A stretch of DNA of 64,000 nucleotides from Deltaproteobacteria bacterium (GTDB taxonomy: Bacteria; Desulfobacterota; Deferrimicrobia; Deferrimicrobiales; Deferrimicrobiaceae). This document shows positions 10,051 to 21,912 of this stretch, one piece after another; within the stretch, counting starts at the first letter, position 1, and every line of letters starts with the position of its first letter. Under the pieces are notes generated by a model. That model saw only the letters and a program-made list of their open reading frames with translations, was not told the DNA's origin and made no database searches. The stretch spans positions 1-64,000 of the forward strand of contig JACRNP010000030.1 of assembly GCA_016234845.1 (NCBI GenBank), read 5' to 3'. Position numbers and translations under genes: made by a program.

Positions 10051-11961
10051 ATGGCCCGATGGTTTCCCAACCGGCCCCGGTCCTGCGCGTCGTTCGCAGC
10101 GCCGGTTCTCCTGTTCCTGCTCGTATCCGTTCCCTATCCGGCGGCTGCCGGCCGGTTCCCCGGCTACTCCGACGAGGTGCGGGCACAAGCGGAGACCGTT
10201 GTCGACGCGGCTCTTCCCGGAAAGGAGGAGACGCTCGAACGGGAGGTCCGGTCCCTGCGTCGGCTGATGTTCGACCACGGGATCCTGTCGATCAACGAAA
10301 TCCCGGACCGGATATTCGAGCGCGCCGCGCGCGAGGGGTGGAAACGCAGGGCCGGCAGCGTCCTGCGCCCGGTGACCCGCGTCGCCCCCTACTCGGTTCC
10401 CCTCTGGGCGTGGCTTCTCCGGGAGGACATCCCGGACCTGGCCCTCGACCGTGTATTGGAGGATTTCAGCGGGCTGGAAGGATCCCTTCGCCAGTTCGGT
10501 CCGGGGCTGCTCGGCTACGCCGCATGGCTGCTTCTTTTCTTCAGCGCGTCGGCGTGCTGGTTCGCGGTCTGGTCGTCGATCTCCCTGTTCCTGCGCGCCC
10601 GCCCCTCCCTCGCTTCCGACATCTCCAGGATCTTCTCGAGGTTTCCGCGGCCCGACGCATGGGCTTCCGCCGCGACGCTCTGCTGTTTCGTCGCCCCTCT
10701 CGTATCCGGGGCAGGGCTTGCGGTGGCGGCGGTGTTCTGGATCATGCTCTCCGCGGCGTACCTGCGCAGGAGGGAGCTGGTGATCGCGTCGGTGACGATC
10801 ATCCTCCTGTCCGGCGTGTACGTCGCCGGCGGCCTGTTCCGATCGATCTCGGGGGTTTCCGGAGAGGCGGGGCGGGGAGGATGGCTTGGAGTCGAGGGAT
10901 ACGCCCCCGCAGCGTGGCCGGAATCGAATCCATCGCCGGACAATCCGTTTTCCGGCCCCGGGTGGGAGGCGATGATCGGATACTCGCGGGCCCGGGCCGA
11001 GATGCAGTCGGGAAACCCTTCGCAGGCGGAGGCGATGTGGACGAATCTGCTCCCGATGGGCGGCGACCTGCCGGGGGTGTACAACAACCGCGGGATCGTC
11101 CGCGCCCGGCTCGGTAGAACCGAGGAGGCGCTGGCCGACTTCGAGGCCGCCATAACGTTCACCCCCGGGGGGGGGCCGGCGCACTGGAACGCCTACCAGT
11201 TGTACCTGCGGGAGTTCCGCCTGGAGCAGGCGGGGAAGATACAGGCGGCCGCCTGGTCCAGCCTGCGGGAGATGAAACCGTTCGACTTCCGCGCGGAGGA
11301 GATGACCCGCGGAGAGCTCGTCGCCTCGCCCCTCCGCGTGGGGGACGTCTGGCGGAGCATGTTCGCGCACCGGGGCGCGTGGTTTTCGAGCGGGAGGGAG
11401 AATCCGTTCCTCCCGCGGTTCTTCACCCCGCTTCCGTCATCGTGGATCCCGCTGTTTCTCGCCGCGGGATTGTTCTGGGCGACCTTGTGGAAGCTTCTTT
11501 CGCGCAAGATCTGGATGCACAACACATGCCGCGCCTGCGGGAGCCGCTCCCTGATCGTCGGAAGCCGCGAAACCACCGACATCTGCAACGCGTGCCGTGC
11601 GCAGGTCGGGGCCGGGGTGCGTCCCGGGGAGGAGCGCGAGAGGAGGCTCTTCGGCATCGGGATGCACCGACGTTTCGTGAGGGCCTGCTCGGTCCTGGTC
11701 CCCGGGGCGGGGGCGCTGTGGGCGGGCAAGGAGCTCCGGGCGATGATCTTCGGGGGGATCCTCTCGACCCCATTGGGAGCGTTCACCGTCTCCATCGGGG
11801 CGGGGAGGATGAACCACGCGCTGATCACCGACATGCAGACCAGCGTAACCGTGGCCGCCGCCGCCGCGACGGTGATCGTATGGGTAATCGGTGCGGTGTG
11901 GGGTTGGCGCTCGTTCGACGCGCTACAGGGCAAGTTCAACGTCGCGATCGAGGGGAAGTGA
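10051..11961 (+). CDS. Hypothetical polytopic membrane protein with TPR-like segment and CxxC-X17-CxxC zinc-ribbon
   Basis: 636 aa; several hydrophobic helices; TPR-like NRGIVRARLGRTEEALADFEAAI; HNTCRACG...CNACRAQ. No recognisable enzyme motif. Confidence 0.6.
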   Translation: MARWFPNRPRSCASFAAPVLLFLLVSVPYPAAAGRFPGYSDEVRAQAETVVDAALPGKEETLEREVRSLRRLMFDHGILSINEIPDRIFERAAREGWKRRAGSVLRPVTRVAPYSVPLWAWLLREDIPDLALDRVLEDFSGLEGSLRQFGPGLLGYAAWLLLFFSASACWFAVWSSISLFLRARPSLASDISRIFSRFPRPDAWASAATLCCFVAPLVSGAGLAVAAVFWIMLSAAYLRRRELVIASVTIILLSGVYVAGGLFRSISGVSGEAGRGGWLGVEGYAPAAWPESNPSPDNPFSGPGWEAMIGYSRARAEMQSGNPSQAEAMWTNLLPMGGDLPGVYNNRGIVRARLGRTEEALADFEAAITFTPGGGPAHWNAYQLYLREFRLEQAGKIQAAAWSSLREMKPFDFRAEEMTRGELVASPLRVGDVWRSMFAHRGAWFSSGRENPFLPRFFTPLPSSWIPLFLAAGLFWATLWKLLSRKIWMHNTCRACGSRSLIVGSRETTDICNACRAQVGAGVRPGEERERRLFGIGMHRRFVRACSVLVPGAGALWAGKELRAMIFGGILSTPLGAFTVSIGAGRMNHALITDMQTSVTVAAAAATVIVWVIGAVWGWRSFDALQGKFNVAIEGK

Positions 11962-12845
11962 CGGTGCAGGGGAAAATCGCCGATTTCAGCATCCCGGACA
12001 TCTTCCAGCTGGTCTCCTCGCAGCGGAAGAGCGGCTCCCTGGCGATTTCCGGGAACGACCGGGTCACCGTATTCCTCTTCTCGGACGGGAGGATCGTGGA
12101 CGTTCAGCCGGACCGGCGGGAGGCCCGGTCGCTGTTGGGCACGATGCTCCGGGATGCGGGGTACCTGACCGACGGGGAGCTCAGGCGGTATCTCGAATCG
12201 CAGGGAGGGGGAGGGAAAAAGCTCGGGGAGATCCTGGTCGAGAAGGGAAAGATCTCCGGAGAGCTCCTCGGGCGGTACCTCGCGCTCCAGATCAAGGAGT
12301 GCGTGTTCGACGTCCTGACCCTGCGCGACGGCGAGTACCGGTTCGAGGGGTTCCTCGTCCGCCCTCCCCCGTGGGCAGGCAAGGAGATCCGGCCGGACGT
12401 CCTGATGATGGAGGGGATGCAGTTCCTGGACGAATACCCCATCTACCGGCAGAAGTTTCCGTCCGGCGCGTTCCGTGTGAATCGGAAAAAGGGGGAGAAG
12501 GTGGATCCGTACGCCTTCTCCGAGGAGGAGCGGATCCTCTGGAAGGCGCTCGAATTTTCCGAGGAGCCGGACCGGGTTTTCCGGAAGGCCTGCCTCACGG
12601 GATTCGAGGGGATCAAGGCGCTCGCCGCGCTCCTGGAGCGCGGACTGATCGACATCGCCACCGCGCATCAGACGGTGGATCCGGCGAAGCGGCACCGGGA
12701 GGAAATGCGCTTCCGCCGGCATCTCGCGTGGGCGGAAGCCGGGCTCTGGGCCGGCGCGGCCGGGATCGCGGCCGTATGGATGCGCGAGGCGCTCCTGTCC
12801 ACGGACGTCGTGGCGGTATTCGCGGGGTGGGTCCATTTCTTCTGA
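11958..12845 (+). CDS. DUF4388-domain protein
   Basis: N-terminal GKIADFSIPDIFQLVSSQRKSGSLAI resembles the DUF4388 signature; GTG start overlaps upstream stop (GTGA). Confidence 0.6.
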   Translation: MTVQGKIADFSIPDIFQLVSSQRKSGSLAISGNDRVTVFLFSDGRIVDVQPDRREARSLLGTMLRDAGYLTDGELRRYLESQGGGGKKLGEILVEKGKISGELLGRYLALQIKECVFDVLTLRDGEYRFEGFLVRPPPWAGKEIRPDVLMMEGMQFLDEYPIYRQKFPSGAFRVNRKKGEKVDPYAFSEEERILWKALEFSEEPDRVFRKACLTGFEGIKALAALLERGLIDIATAHQTVDPAKRHREEMRFRRHLAWAEAGLWAGAAGIAAVWMREALLSTDVVAVFAGWVHFF

Positions 12846-12873
12846 AGGCGTTCCCGCGGGAGGTGGGAAGGCG

Positions 12874-13845
12874 TTGCCCGAGATGAAGAACGATATCGTG
12901 CGGTTCGAGGACCCGTCCGTTCTCCCGGAGCTGTTCGGGATCCACGATGCGCACCTGAGGGCGCTGGAGGGGGCGCTCGGCGTGGCGATCCGTCCGGGCG
13001 GGAACGAGGCGCACCTCTCCGGGGACCCGATCCAGGTGGAGCTCGCCGGAAAGGTGCTGACCGGCCTCTACCGCGTGCTGCGGCGGGGGATCCCGGTGAC
13101 GGGGAACGACGTGGCGGCCGCCGTCCGCGTGGTCACCAACGACCGGGGCGCCGACGTGTCCGAGGTGTTCCAGGACGTGGTCTTCAAGTCGTCCCGGAAC
13201 CGGATGATCACCCCGAAGAGCGTCGCGCAGAAGCGATACCTTGACGCGATCCGCGACCGCGACATCGTCTTCGGCGTGGGGCCCGCCGGAACCGGAAAGA
13301 CGTTCCTGGCGATGGCGATGGCGGTCGGCTACCTCCTCCGCAAGGAAGTGAAGCGGATCGTGCTGGCGCGCCCCGCCGTGGAGGCGGGGGAGAAACTCGG
13401 TTTCCTTCCGGGGGACATGGCGGACAAGGTGAACCCGTACCTGCGTCCGCTGCACGACGCCCTCTACACGATGCTCGAATACGAGCAGGCGGCGAAACTC
13501 ATGGAACGGGGCACCATCGAGGTCGCCCCCCTGGCGTTCATGCGGGGAAGGACCCTGAACGATTCCTTCGTCATCCTCGACGAGGCGCAGAACACGACCT
13601 CGGAGCAGATGAAGATGTTCCTCACCCGGATCGGCTTCGGGTCGAAGGCGGTGATCACCGGCGACATCACCCAGACCGACCTTCCTTCCGGGAGGGTGTC
13701 GGGATTGAACGAGGCGATCGCGATCCTCGACGGGGTCGACGGGATCCGGTTCTGCCGGTTCAGCGACATCGACGTGGTGCGCCACCCGATCGTGCAGGAG
13801 ATCATCAAGGCGTATGAGCGGTTCGAGAAACGGCAGCAGGGATAA
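12874..13845 (+). CDS. phoH: PhoH-family ATPase (PhoH/YbeZ)
   Basis: Walker A GVGPAGTGKTFLAMAMAV; PhoH C-terminal motifs; 323 aa. Confidence 0.92.
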   Translation: MPEMKNDIVRFEDPSVLPELFGIHDAHLRALEGALGVAIRPGGNEAHLSGDPIQVELAGKVLTGLYRVLRRGIPVTGNDVAAAVRVVTNDRGADVSEVFQDVVFKSSRNRMITPKSVAQKRYLDAIRDRDIVFGVGPAGTGKTFLAMAMAVGYLLRKEVKRIVLARPAVEAGEKLGFLPGDMADKVNPYLRPLHDALYTMLEYEQAAKLMERGTIEVAPLAFMRGRTLNDSFVILDEAQNTTSEQMKMFLTRIGFGSKAVITGDITQTDLPSGRVSGLNEAIAILDGVDGIRFCRFSDIDVVRHPIVQEIIKAYERFEKRQQG

Positions 13846-15322
13846 CGGCCACCGCGGGAGGCCTGCGACGCGCGGCGGCCGGTACGCGCGGCTGCTGGCG
13901 CTGAGCGTCGGGTCGGCCGCGGTGTTCGCGGTGCTCTTCTACCTGTGGGGGCAGGAGCTCCTCCCGCGGGCGGCGGGTCGCTGGGGGACGATGTTTCCCT
14001 TCGTGGGGGCGGTTTCCTTGACGCTCGCCGTCGCCCTGTTCCTCACGGAGTGGTTCGGCTTCGCCGGGCGGGAGGTTCGAAAGGTCCGCCTGGCCGCCCG
14101 CGACTTCGTCTTCCTCTGCACCCTCGCCCTCCTCCTGTTCTTCGCCGCCAAGGTGGTGATCGACATCCTCGCGCAGGCGCACTCCCCCGGCTACGCCGTC
14201 CCGCCGAGGGTGTACGCCTACCTGATTCCCCTCCCCGCGTTCGCCATGGTCGTCCGGATCCTGCTGAACTCCGAGACGGCGATCCTCTTCACCGTTGCCG
14301 CCTCGGTCCTCTCGGCGGCCGCCGCGTCGGGCAGGTGGCCCGCGATGCTGTTCCTCCTCCTGTGCGGAACGGCGGGCGCCTCGCGCTCCCGGAGGGTGCC
14401 CGACCGGTACCGGATGCTCTGGGTCGGAGTCCAGACCGCGCCCGTGTGCGCCATCGCGGCGGTCGCGTTGGAATACGCGTTTTACGGAGGCGGGGGGGTC
14501 GTCTGGGCGGGGATCTTCGGCGCGGTGAACGGGCTCCTCTCCGGGCCGATCGCTCTCGCGGTCCTTCCCGTCGCCGAGTACGCGTTCGGCTACACCAGCG
14601 ACATCCGGCTGATGGAGATGGCGAGCACGACCCACCCGCTCCTGACCCGCCTCATGGTCGAAGCCCCGGGAACGTTCCACCACAGCGTCGTGGTCGGTAC
14701 GATCGCGGAAGCCGGGGCGCAGGCGATCGGCGCGAACCCGGTGCTCTGCCGGGTCGCCGCCCTGTACCACGACATCGGGAAGATCGGGAAGTCGCAATAC
14801 TTCTCGGAGAACCAGGCGGGCGTGGGAAACGTCCACGATGGCCTGTCTCCGGGACTTTCCCGCACCGTGATCCTCTCCCACGTGAAGGAGGGGGCCAAGG
14901 CGGGCCGCGAGCATCGTCTCGGCGACCGCGTGGTGGAGATCATCGAGCAGCATCACGGCACCAGCCTCCTGTACTGTTTCCTCGACAAGGCGATGCCGCT
15001 CATCCGCGACCGGAAGGCGTCGGAGGAGATGTTCCGGTACCCCGGTCCCCGGCCGAGGACGCGGGAGGCGGCGATCGTGATGCTGGCGGACGCCGCCGAG
15101 GCGACGGTGCGAAGCCTGAACCATCCGACGGTGCAGGAGGTCGACGACGCCGTCGCATCGGTCGTCAACCGGGTCTACCTCGATGGGCAGCTCGACGAGT
15201 GCGACCTGACGCTGCGCGACCTGCACGCCGTCGGGCGCGCGATGCGCCAGCTCCTGACCGCCGTCGCGCACGGCCGGGTGGACTACCCCGCGAGCGGCAG
15301 GGGGGCGGCGGGCGCCCGTTGA
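13814..15322 (+). CDS. 7TM-receptor with intracellular HD hydrolase domain (PgpH/YqfF family; candidate c-di-AMP phosphodiesterase)
   Basis: Multiple TM helices then HD domain (HHSVVVGTIAEAGA...LYHDIGK...EQHHGTS); conserved phoH-7TMR_HD-ybeY order. Confidence 0.8.
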   Translation: MSGSRNGSRDNGHRGRPATRGGRYARLLALSVGSAAVFAVLFYLWGQELLPRAAGRWGTMFPFVGAVSLTLAVALFLTEWFGFAGREVRKVRLAARDFVFLCTLALLLFFAAKVVIDILAQAHSPGYAVPPRVYAYLIPLPAFAMVVRILLNSETAILFTVAASVLSAAAASGRWPAMLFLLLCGTAGASRSRRVPDRYRMLWVGVQTAPVCAIAAVALEYAFYGGGGVVWAGIFGAVNGLLSGPIALAVLPVAEYAFGYTSDIRLMEMASTTHPLLTRLMVEAPGTFHHSVVVGTIAEAGAQAIGANPVLCRVAALYHDIGKIGKSQYFSENQAGVGNVHDGLSPGLSRTVILSHVKEGAKAGREHRLGDRVVEIIEQHHGTSLLYCFLDKAMPLIRDRKASEEMFRYPGPRPRTREAAIVMLADAAEATVRSLNHPTVQEVDDAVASVVNRVYLDGQLDECDLTLRDLHAVGRAMRQLLTAVAHGRVDYPASGRGAAGAR

Positions 15323-15801
15323 CCCGCCCGGCGGATGCATACCGGGTGTCGGTCCGCCAGGACCTTCGTCCCGCGGCGGTTTCGGGCCGACGGGTGAAGC
15401 GGTTCGCGATCCGCGCCCTTTCGATTCTTCCCGCCGCGGGCGCCGACCTGCGCATCCGGATCGTCGGCGACGTCGCCATCGCCCGGTGGAACCGGGAGTT
15501 CCTCGGGCGCGACCGGCCGACGAACGTGATCTCCTTCCCCGACGAGGAGCGAGTTCCCGCCCGCGGAGGCATCGTCTCCGGCGACATCCTCGTATCCGCC
15601 CCCACCTGCCTCGCGCAGACGGAAGGGTGGAGGGAGACCCCGGAGGCGCGCGTCTTCTTCTTCGTCCTCCACGGCATCCTCCACCTTGCCGGGTACGACC
15701 ACGAGCCGGGGGGTGCCGACGCCCGAAGGATGCGCCGGCGGGAGCTCCAGCTGTACCGCCGTGTCCTGGCGGAAGACCGCAGACAGTCGGGTGCTGCGTG
15801 A
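15319..15801 (+). CDS. ybeY: Endoribonuclease YbeY (rRNA maturation factor)
   Basis: Metal-binding motif HGILHLAGYDH; start assigned to TTG at 15319 (GTG ~15346 is an alternative). Confidence 0.85.
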   Translation: MTRPADAYRVSVRQDLRPAAVSGRRVKRFAIRALSILPAAGADLRIRIVGDVAIARWNREFLGRDRPTNVISFPDEERVPARGGIVSGDILVSAPTCLAQTEGWRETPEARVFFFVLHGILHLAGYDHEPGGADARRMRRRELQLYRRVLAEDRRQSGAA

Positions 15802-15856
15802 TTGTCCGGTGCTCGGGCTCGCCCTATGCACAGAGCGCACGTGATATCGATGCAGG

Positions 15857-17431
15857 GTGAGCGATTGCATGGGTAGAATGCGGACGCTGCTCGCCGGCGG
15901 GCTGTTCGTCGCCGCGTACGTTCTCGGGACGCCGGGGTACGACGTGCCGGGGCTGCCGCTGCTGTGCATGGCGCCGTTTCTGGCGGTTGCCTCCGGCGCC
16001 GCATCGGTTCGGGCCGCCGCCTGGAGGGGATGGATCGCCGGGACCGCCGCGAGCGTCCCGCTCTACTACTGGATCGCGTACACGGTCGCCGTGGAGGGGA
16101 AGCTCGGGTGGCCCCTCGGCGCCCTCGCGGCTTTCCTCGTGTCCGCCTACATCGGCGCGTACTTTTCGGTCGCCGCCGCTGCCGCCCGGCGACTGGAGGA
16201 CCGCTTCGGAGAGCGCGGGCTGTGGGTGTTTCCGCTCGCGTGGACGGCGCTGGAGCTCGCGCGCACGTACCTTTTCACGGGATTTCCATGGATGCTCCTG
16301 GGGTACGCGCTCGCGGGAAGCCCGCCGTTTCGCCAGGCGGCGGACCTGGCCGGGGTTCTCGGCCTCTCGTTCCTCGCCTGCCTTTCGGGCACCGCCCTGT
16401 TCCTCGCCGGAAGACGGCTCTCCGCCGGCTCCGTACGCACCGCGGCGCTCGCGGTTCTGCCCGGGCTGGCCGTCGTCCTCTTTCTCGCCGGATACGGCCG
16501 CCTCGCCCTGGCGGATCGCGCGAAGGCGGGATCCGGCCGGGAGCCGCTCAAGGTCGCCATCGCGCAGGGCGGGATCGACCAGTCGGCCAAATGGGAGCCG
16601 GGGAACCAGGCGCGCACGCTGGACCTGTACGAGGAACTGACGGTCCGGGCGCGCGACGACGGGGCCCGGATCGTCGTGTGGCCGGAAACGGCGGCCCCCT
16701 TCTTCTACGGGTGGGAACGGGAGTTGACGCGCCGTCTCGACGGGATCGCCGCTCGCGTGGGGATCCCGCTCATCTTCGGGGCGCCGTGGTACGACCCGGC
16801 CGGCGGCGGGAAATATTACAACAGCGTCTTCCACATGGACGCGCGCGGGCTGGTCCTGGGACGATACGACAAGCGGCACCTCGTGCCGTTCGGCGAATAC
16901 ATCCCTCTCCGGACGATCCTCTTCTTCCTCCGCAAGCTGACGGTGGGGGACGAGGATTTCACCGCGGGGACGAGCTCCTCCCTGTTCCGGGTGGATGGCA
17001 CCCTGTTGTCGGCGTCGGTGTGCTACGAGGCGGTCTTCCCGGCGATCTCCCGGGAGGGGGTTCGGGACGGGGCGGGGTGGCTGGTGAACGTCACGAACGA
17101 CGCGTGGTTCGGCGACACGGTCGCGCCCCGGCAGCACCTGGCGATGGCCCGGCTGCGGTGCGTGGAGCTGCGGCGCCCGATGGTCCGCGCGGCCAACTCC
17201 GGCATCAGCGCCGTCGTGGACTCCGGCGGCGAAATCGTCGCGTCCGTCGGGCTTTTCCGCCGCGGTGTCGTCGTCGCGGAGGTCGCGCCGGGGATTGGGG
17301 AGACCCTGTACGCAAAAACTGGGGAAATATTTGGGTTTTCCTGTATTATAATCACCGTTTTGACGCTATTTTTCCCTATGAGAGGACCCCATGGCTTCCG
17401 GATTGCTGGTGGAAAAGACCGCGGCGCTTGA
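15857..17431 (+). CDS. lnt: Apolipoprotein N-acyltransferase
   Basis: 524 aa; N-terminal polytopic region plus C-terminal CN-hydrolase domain (VWPETA...VCYE). The 3' end overlaps the prfB start by ~40 nt. Confidence 0.9.
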   Translation: MSDCMGRMRTLLAGGLFVAAYVLGTPGYDVPGLPLLCMAPFLAVASGAASVRAAAWRGWIAGTAASVPLYYWIAYTVAVEGKLGWPLGALAAFLVSAYIGAYFSVAAAAARRLEDRFGERGLWVFPLAWTALELARTYLFTGFPWMLLGYALAGSPPFRQAADLAGVLGLSFLACLSGTALFLAGRRLSAGSVRTAALAVLPGLAVVLFLAGYGRLALADRAKAGSGREPLKVAIAQGGIDQSAKWEPGNQARTLDLYEELTVRARDDGARIVVWPETAAPFFYGWERELTRRLDGIAARVGIPLIFGAPWYDPAGGGKYYNSVFHMDARGLVLGRYDKRHLVPFGEYIPLRTILFFLRKLTVGDEDFTAGTSSSLFRVDGTLLSASVCYEAVFPAISREGVRDGAGWLVNVTNDAWFGDTVAPRQHLAMARLRCVELRRPMVRAANSGISAVVDSGGEIVASVGLFRRGVVVAEVAPGIGETLYAKTGEIFGFSCIIITVLTLFFPMRGPHGFRIAGGKDRGA

Positions 17432-18512
17432 GGCGCGTTTCCATGCGCTCCGGGGTTATCTTTGAAGTAGACGCCAAGATCGCCCGTCTGAAGGAGCTGG
17501 AAGCGGAGGTCGCCAGGGAAGGGTTCTGGGACGCTCCCGAGGCCGCGGAGCGCCTGCTGCGGGAACGGAAAGGTCTCGAGACGTTCCTGGTCCGGTGGGC
17601 GTCCCTGTCGTCCTCGGTCGGGGACCTGCGGGCGTACCTGGACCTCGCGGACGAGTCGGGGGACGAGTCGCTCTCCGACGAGATCGGCGGGCACATCGAG
17701 TCCGTCGCCGGTTCCCTGGATGCGGTCGAGCTGGAGCGCATGCTTTCGGGCGAGAACGACGCCAGGAACGCGATCGTCACCATCCATGCGGGCGCGGGGG
17801 GTACCGAGTCGCAGGACTGGGCGGAGATGCTCCTGCGGATGTACTCCCGGTTCGCGGACCGGAACGGTTTCGGAATGGAACTGGTGGAGCGGCAGGAGGG
17901 CGAGGAAGCGGGGATCAAGAGCGCGACCTTCGTCCTTTCGGGGGACCACCCGTACGGCTACCTGAAGGCGGAGAGCGGGGTGCACCGCCTGGTCCGGATC
18001 TCCCCGTTCGACGCGAACAAGCGGCGCCACACGTCGTTCGCCTCCGTGTTCGTTTCGCCCGAGATCGACGACGATGTGCAGATCCAGATCAACGAGTCGG
18101 ACCTGAAGGTCGACACCCTCCGCTCGGGGGGCGCCGGCGGGCAGCACGTGAACAAGGTGGAGTCCGCGGTCCGGTTCACCCACCTTCCCACCGGGATCGT
18201 CGTGCTCTGCCAGCAGGAGCGGTCCCAGGGGAAAAACCGGGCGCTCGCGATGAAGATCCTCCGGTCGAAACTATACGAGCTCGAGATGCGGCAGCGCGCG
18301 GAAAAGGCGATGGAGGCCCACAAGACGAAGAAGGACATCGCCTGGGGCTCTCAGATCCGCTCGTACGTCCTGGCGCCGTACCGGATGGTGAAGGACCACC
18401 GCACCGGGCACGAGACGGGGAACGTCGACGCCGTCCTCGACGGCGACATCCTCGAGTTCATTCGGAAATACCTGCTGGGCGGGGGGGCGGAAGGGGAAAT
18501 GGGAGGAGCGGC

Positions 18513-18516
<4 letters not shown>
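17391..18516 (+). CDS. prfB: Peptide chain release factor 2, with programmed +1 ribosomal frameshift (join 17391..17462,17464..18516)
   Basis: Frame 0: [24 protein letters not shown] then in-frame UGA (17463-17465). +1 frame continues [15 protein letters not shown]...[14 protein letters not shown]...[13 protein letters not shown] (GGQ motif). Slip site CUU UGA A preceded by GGGG SD-like element. Confidence 0.92.
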
Positions 18517-20000
<1,484 letters not shown>

Positions 20001-20003
20001 GGG

Positions 20004-21239
20004 TTGCGCGCCCCGGTCGAGCTGTACATCGCCAAGAAGTACCTCCTGGCGAAGCGGAAGCAGACCTTCATCTCGATCATCTCCTTCATCTCCGTCGGGG
20101 GGGTCGCGGTGGGCGTCATGGCGCTCATCATCGTGCTCGCGGTGATGAGCGGGTTCGAGCGGGAGCTCAAGGACCGGATCCTGGGGGCCACCGCCCACGC
20201 CCATGTGACGAGCCTGGACGGAAGCGTCCCGAAGCCGTTCGCCGTGGCCCGCGAGGTGGGCCGGGTGGAGGGGGTCGTCGCGGCGTCCCCGTACATCTTC
20301 AGCCCCATGATGATCTCCTCCGGCGGGAACTCGGTCGGGGGGGTGCTGCGCGGGGTCGACTCCGCCACGGTCGGCGAGGTGACCCGCCTGCCGCGGGACC
20401 TGCGCATCGGCAAGCTCGAGGATCTGGCCCGGAGGAGTCCGGACGCGCTTCCGGGAGTCATACTGGGCAAGGAGCTCGCGGGAAACCTCGGCGCGGGGGT
20501 CGGGGACGTGGTGGAGGTCCTCGTGCCGGGCGGCTCCATCACTCCGCTGGGAGCGTTTCCGAAGGCAGCCCGGTTCCGGCTGGTCGGCGTCTCGGAGTCG
20601 GGGATGTACGAGTACGACGCGACGTTCGCGTACGTCGCGTTCGAAGAGGCCGGAAGGCTTCTCGGCATGGAGGGGCGCGCCACCGGGATCGAGGTGAGGG
20701 TGCGCGACATCTACGCCGCCGCGGCGGTCGCGCAGCGGATCCGGACCTCCCTCGGTCACCCGTTCTGGGCGAAGGACTGGATGCAGAGCAACCGGAACCT
20801 CTTCTCGGCGCTCAAGCTCGAGAAGGTGGTGATGTTCGTCATCCTCGTCCTCATCGTCATGGTGGCCGCGTTCAACATCATCAGCACGCTGATCATGGTG
20901 GTCATGGAGAAGACCAAGGACATCGCGGTCCTGATGACGATGGGCGCCACGCGCCGCACGATTCGCCGGATCTTCGCCCTCGAGGGGCTGATCATCGGGG
21001 TGGCCGGCACCGCGGCCGGGACCGTCCTGGGCGCGGGGCTGTGCCAGCTCCTCCGGAAGTACCGGTTCATCCGCCTGCCGAGCGACGTCTACTACATCTC
21101 CACGCTCCCCGTATCCCTCGATCCGGGGACGGTGCTCCTCGTGGTCGCGAGCTCGATCCTCATCTGCTTCCTCGCGACGGTGTACCCCGCGTGGCAGGCG
21201 TCCCGCGTGGACCCCGCGGAGGCGATCCGGTATGAGTAG
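20004..21239 (+). CDS. lolE: Lipoprotein-releasing system permease LolC/LolE (FtsX family)
   Basis: 411 aa; N-terminal TM, periplasmic domain, C-terminal FtsX TM bundle; followed by lolD. Confidence 0.85.
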   Translation: MRAPVELYIAKKYLLAKRKQTFISIISFISVGGVAVGVMALIIVLAVMSGFERELKDRILGATAHAHVTSLDGSVPKPFAVAREVGRVEGVVAASPYIFSPMMISSGGNSVGGVLRGVDSATVGEVTRLPRDLRIGKLEDLARRSPDALPGVILGKELAGNLGAGVGDVVEVLVPGGSITPLGAFPKAARFRLVGVSESGMYEYDATFAYVAFEEAGRLLGMEGRATGIEVRVRDIYAAAAVAQRIRTSLGHPFWAKDWMQSNRNLFSALKLEKVVMFVILVLIVMVAAFNIISTLIMVVMEKTKDIAVLMTMGATRRTIRRIFALEGLIIGVAGTAAGTVLGAGLCQLLRKYRFIRLPSDVYYISTLPVSLDPGTVLLVVASSILICFLATVYPAWQASRVDPAEAIRYE

Positions 21240-21912
21240 CGCCGCCGCCCTTCGCGCGGAAGACGTGTGGAAGGTGTTCCGCCGCGACGGGTACGACATC
21301 GAGGTGCTCAAAGGGGTCTCCCTCTCGGTCGACCGCGGCGAGATGGTCGGGGTGGTCGGCGTGTCCGGAGCCGGGAAGACGACGCTCCTGCAGATCCTCG
21401 GAACGCTCGACCGCGCGACGTCGGGGAAGGTCCTGTACGACGGGAGGGACGTCACCGGGTTGTCCGACGAGGAGGTGGCGGCGTTCCGCAACCGCACCGT
21501 GGGATTCGTGTTCCAGTTCCACAACCTCCTCCCGGAGTTCACCGTGCTGGAGAACGTGATGCTCCCGTGCCGGATCGCCCGGATGGATCCGGAGCGCGCC
21601 CGCGAAAGGGCCGAGAAGCTGCTGTCCGATGTCGGTCTGGCCGGCAGGATCGCGCATCGCACCGGCGAGATCTCGGGGGGGGAGCAGCAGCGTGCGGCGA
21701 TCTGCCGGGCGCTCGCGATGGAACCGTCCGTCCTTCTCGCGGACGAGCCGACCGGAAATCTCGACCGGGGGACGGCGGCCGGCGTGGTGGACCTCCTGGT
21801 CGAGCTCAACCGGTCCCGCGGCCTGTCCATCCTGATGGTCACACACAACGACAAGGTCGCCTCCCGCCTCGACCGGGTGGTGACGATCGACGACGGGAGG
21901 ATCGCGTGGTGA
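21232..21912 (+). CDS. lolD: Lipoprotein-releasing system ATP-binding protein LolD
   Basis: Walker A GVSGAGKTT, signature ISGGEQQR, Walker [12 protein letters not shown]. Confidence 0.9.
   Translation: MSSAAALRAEDVWKVFRRDGYDIEVLKGVSLSVDRGEMVGVVGVSGAGKTTLLQILGTLDRATSGKVLYDGRDVTGLSDEEVAAFRNRTVGFVFQFHNLLPEFTVLENVMLPCRIARMDPERARERAEKLLSDVGLAGRIAHRTGEISGGEQQRAAICRALAMEPSVLLADEPTGNLDRGTAAGVVDLLVELNRSRGLSILMVTHNDKVASRLDRVVTIDDGRIAW

Noticed and set aside
13945-15801. 618-aa '+' ORF overlapping the 7TM-HD gene in another frame.
   Set aside because: Only its last ~160 aa (the ybeY motif HGILHLAGYDH) are real; the N-terminal part is an Arg/Gly-rich alternate frame of the HD-domain gene.
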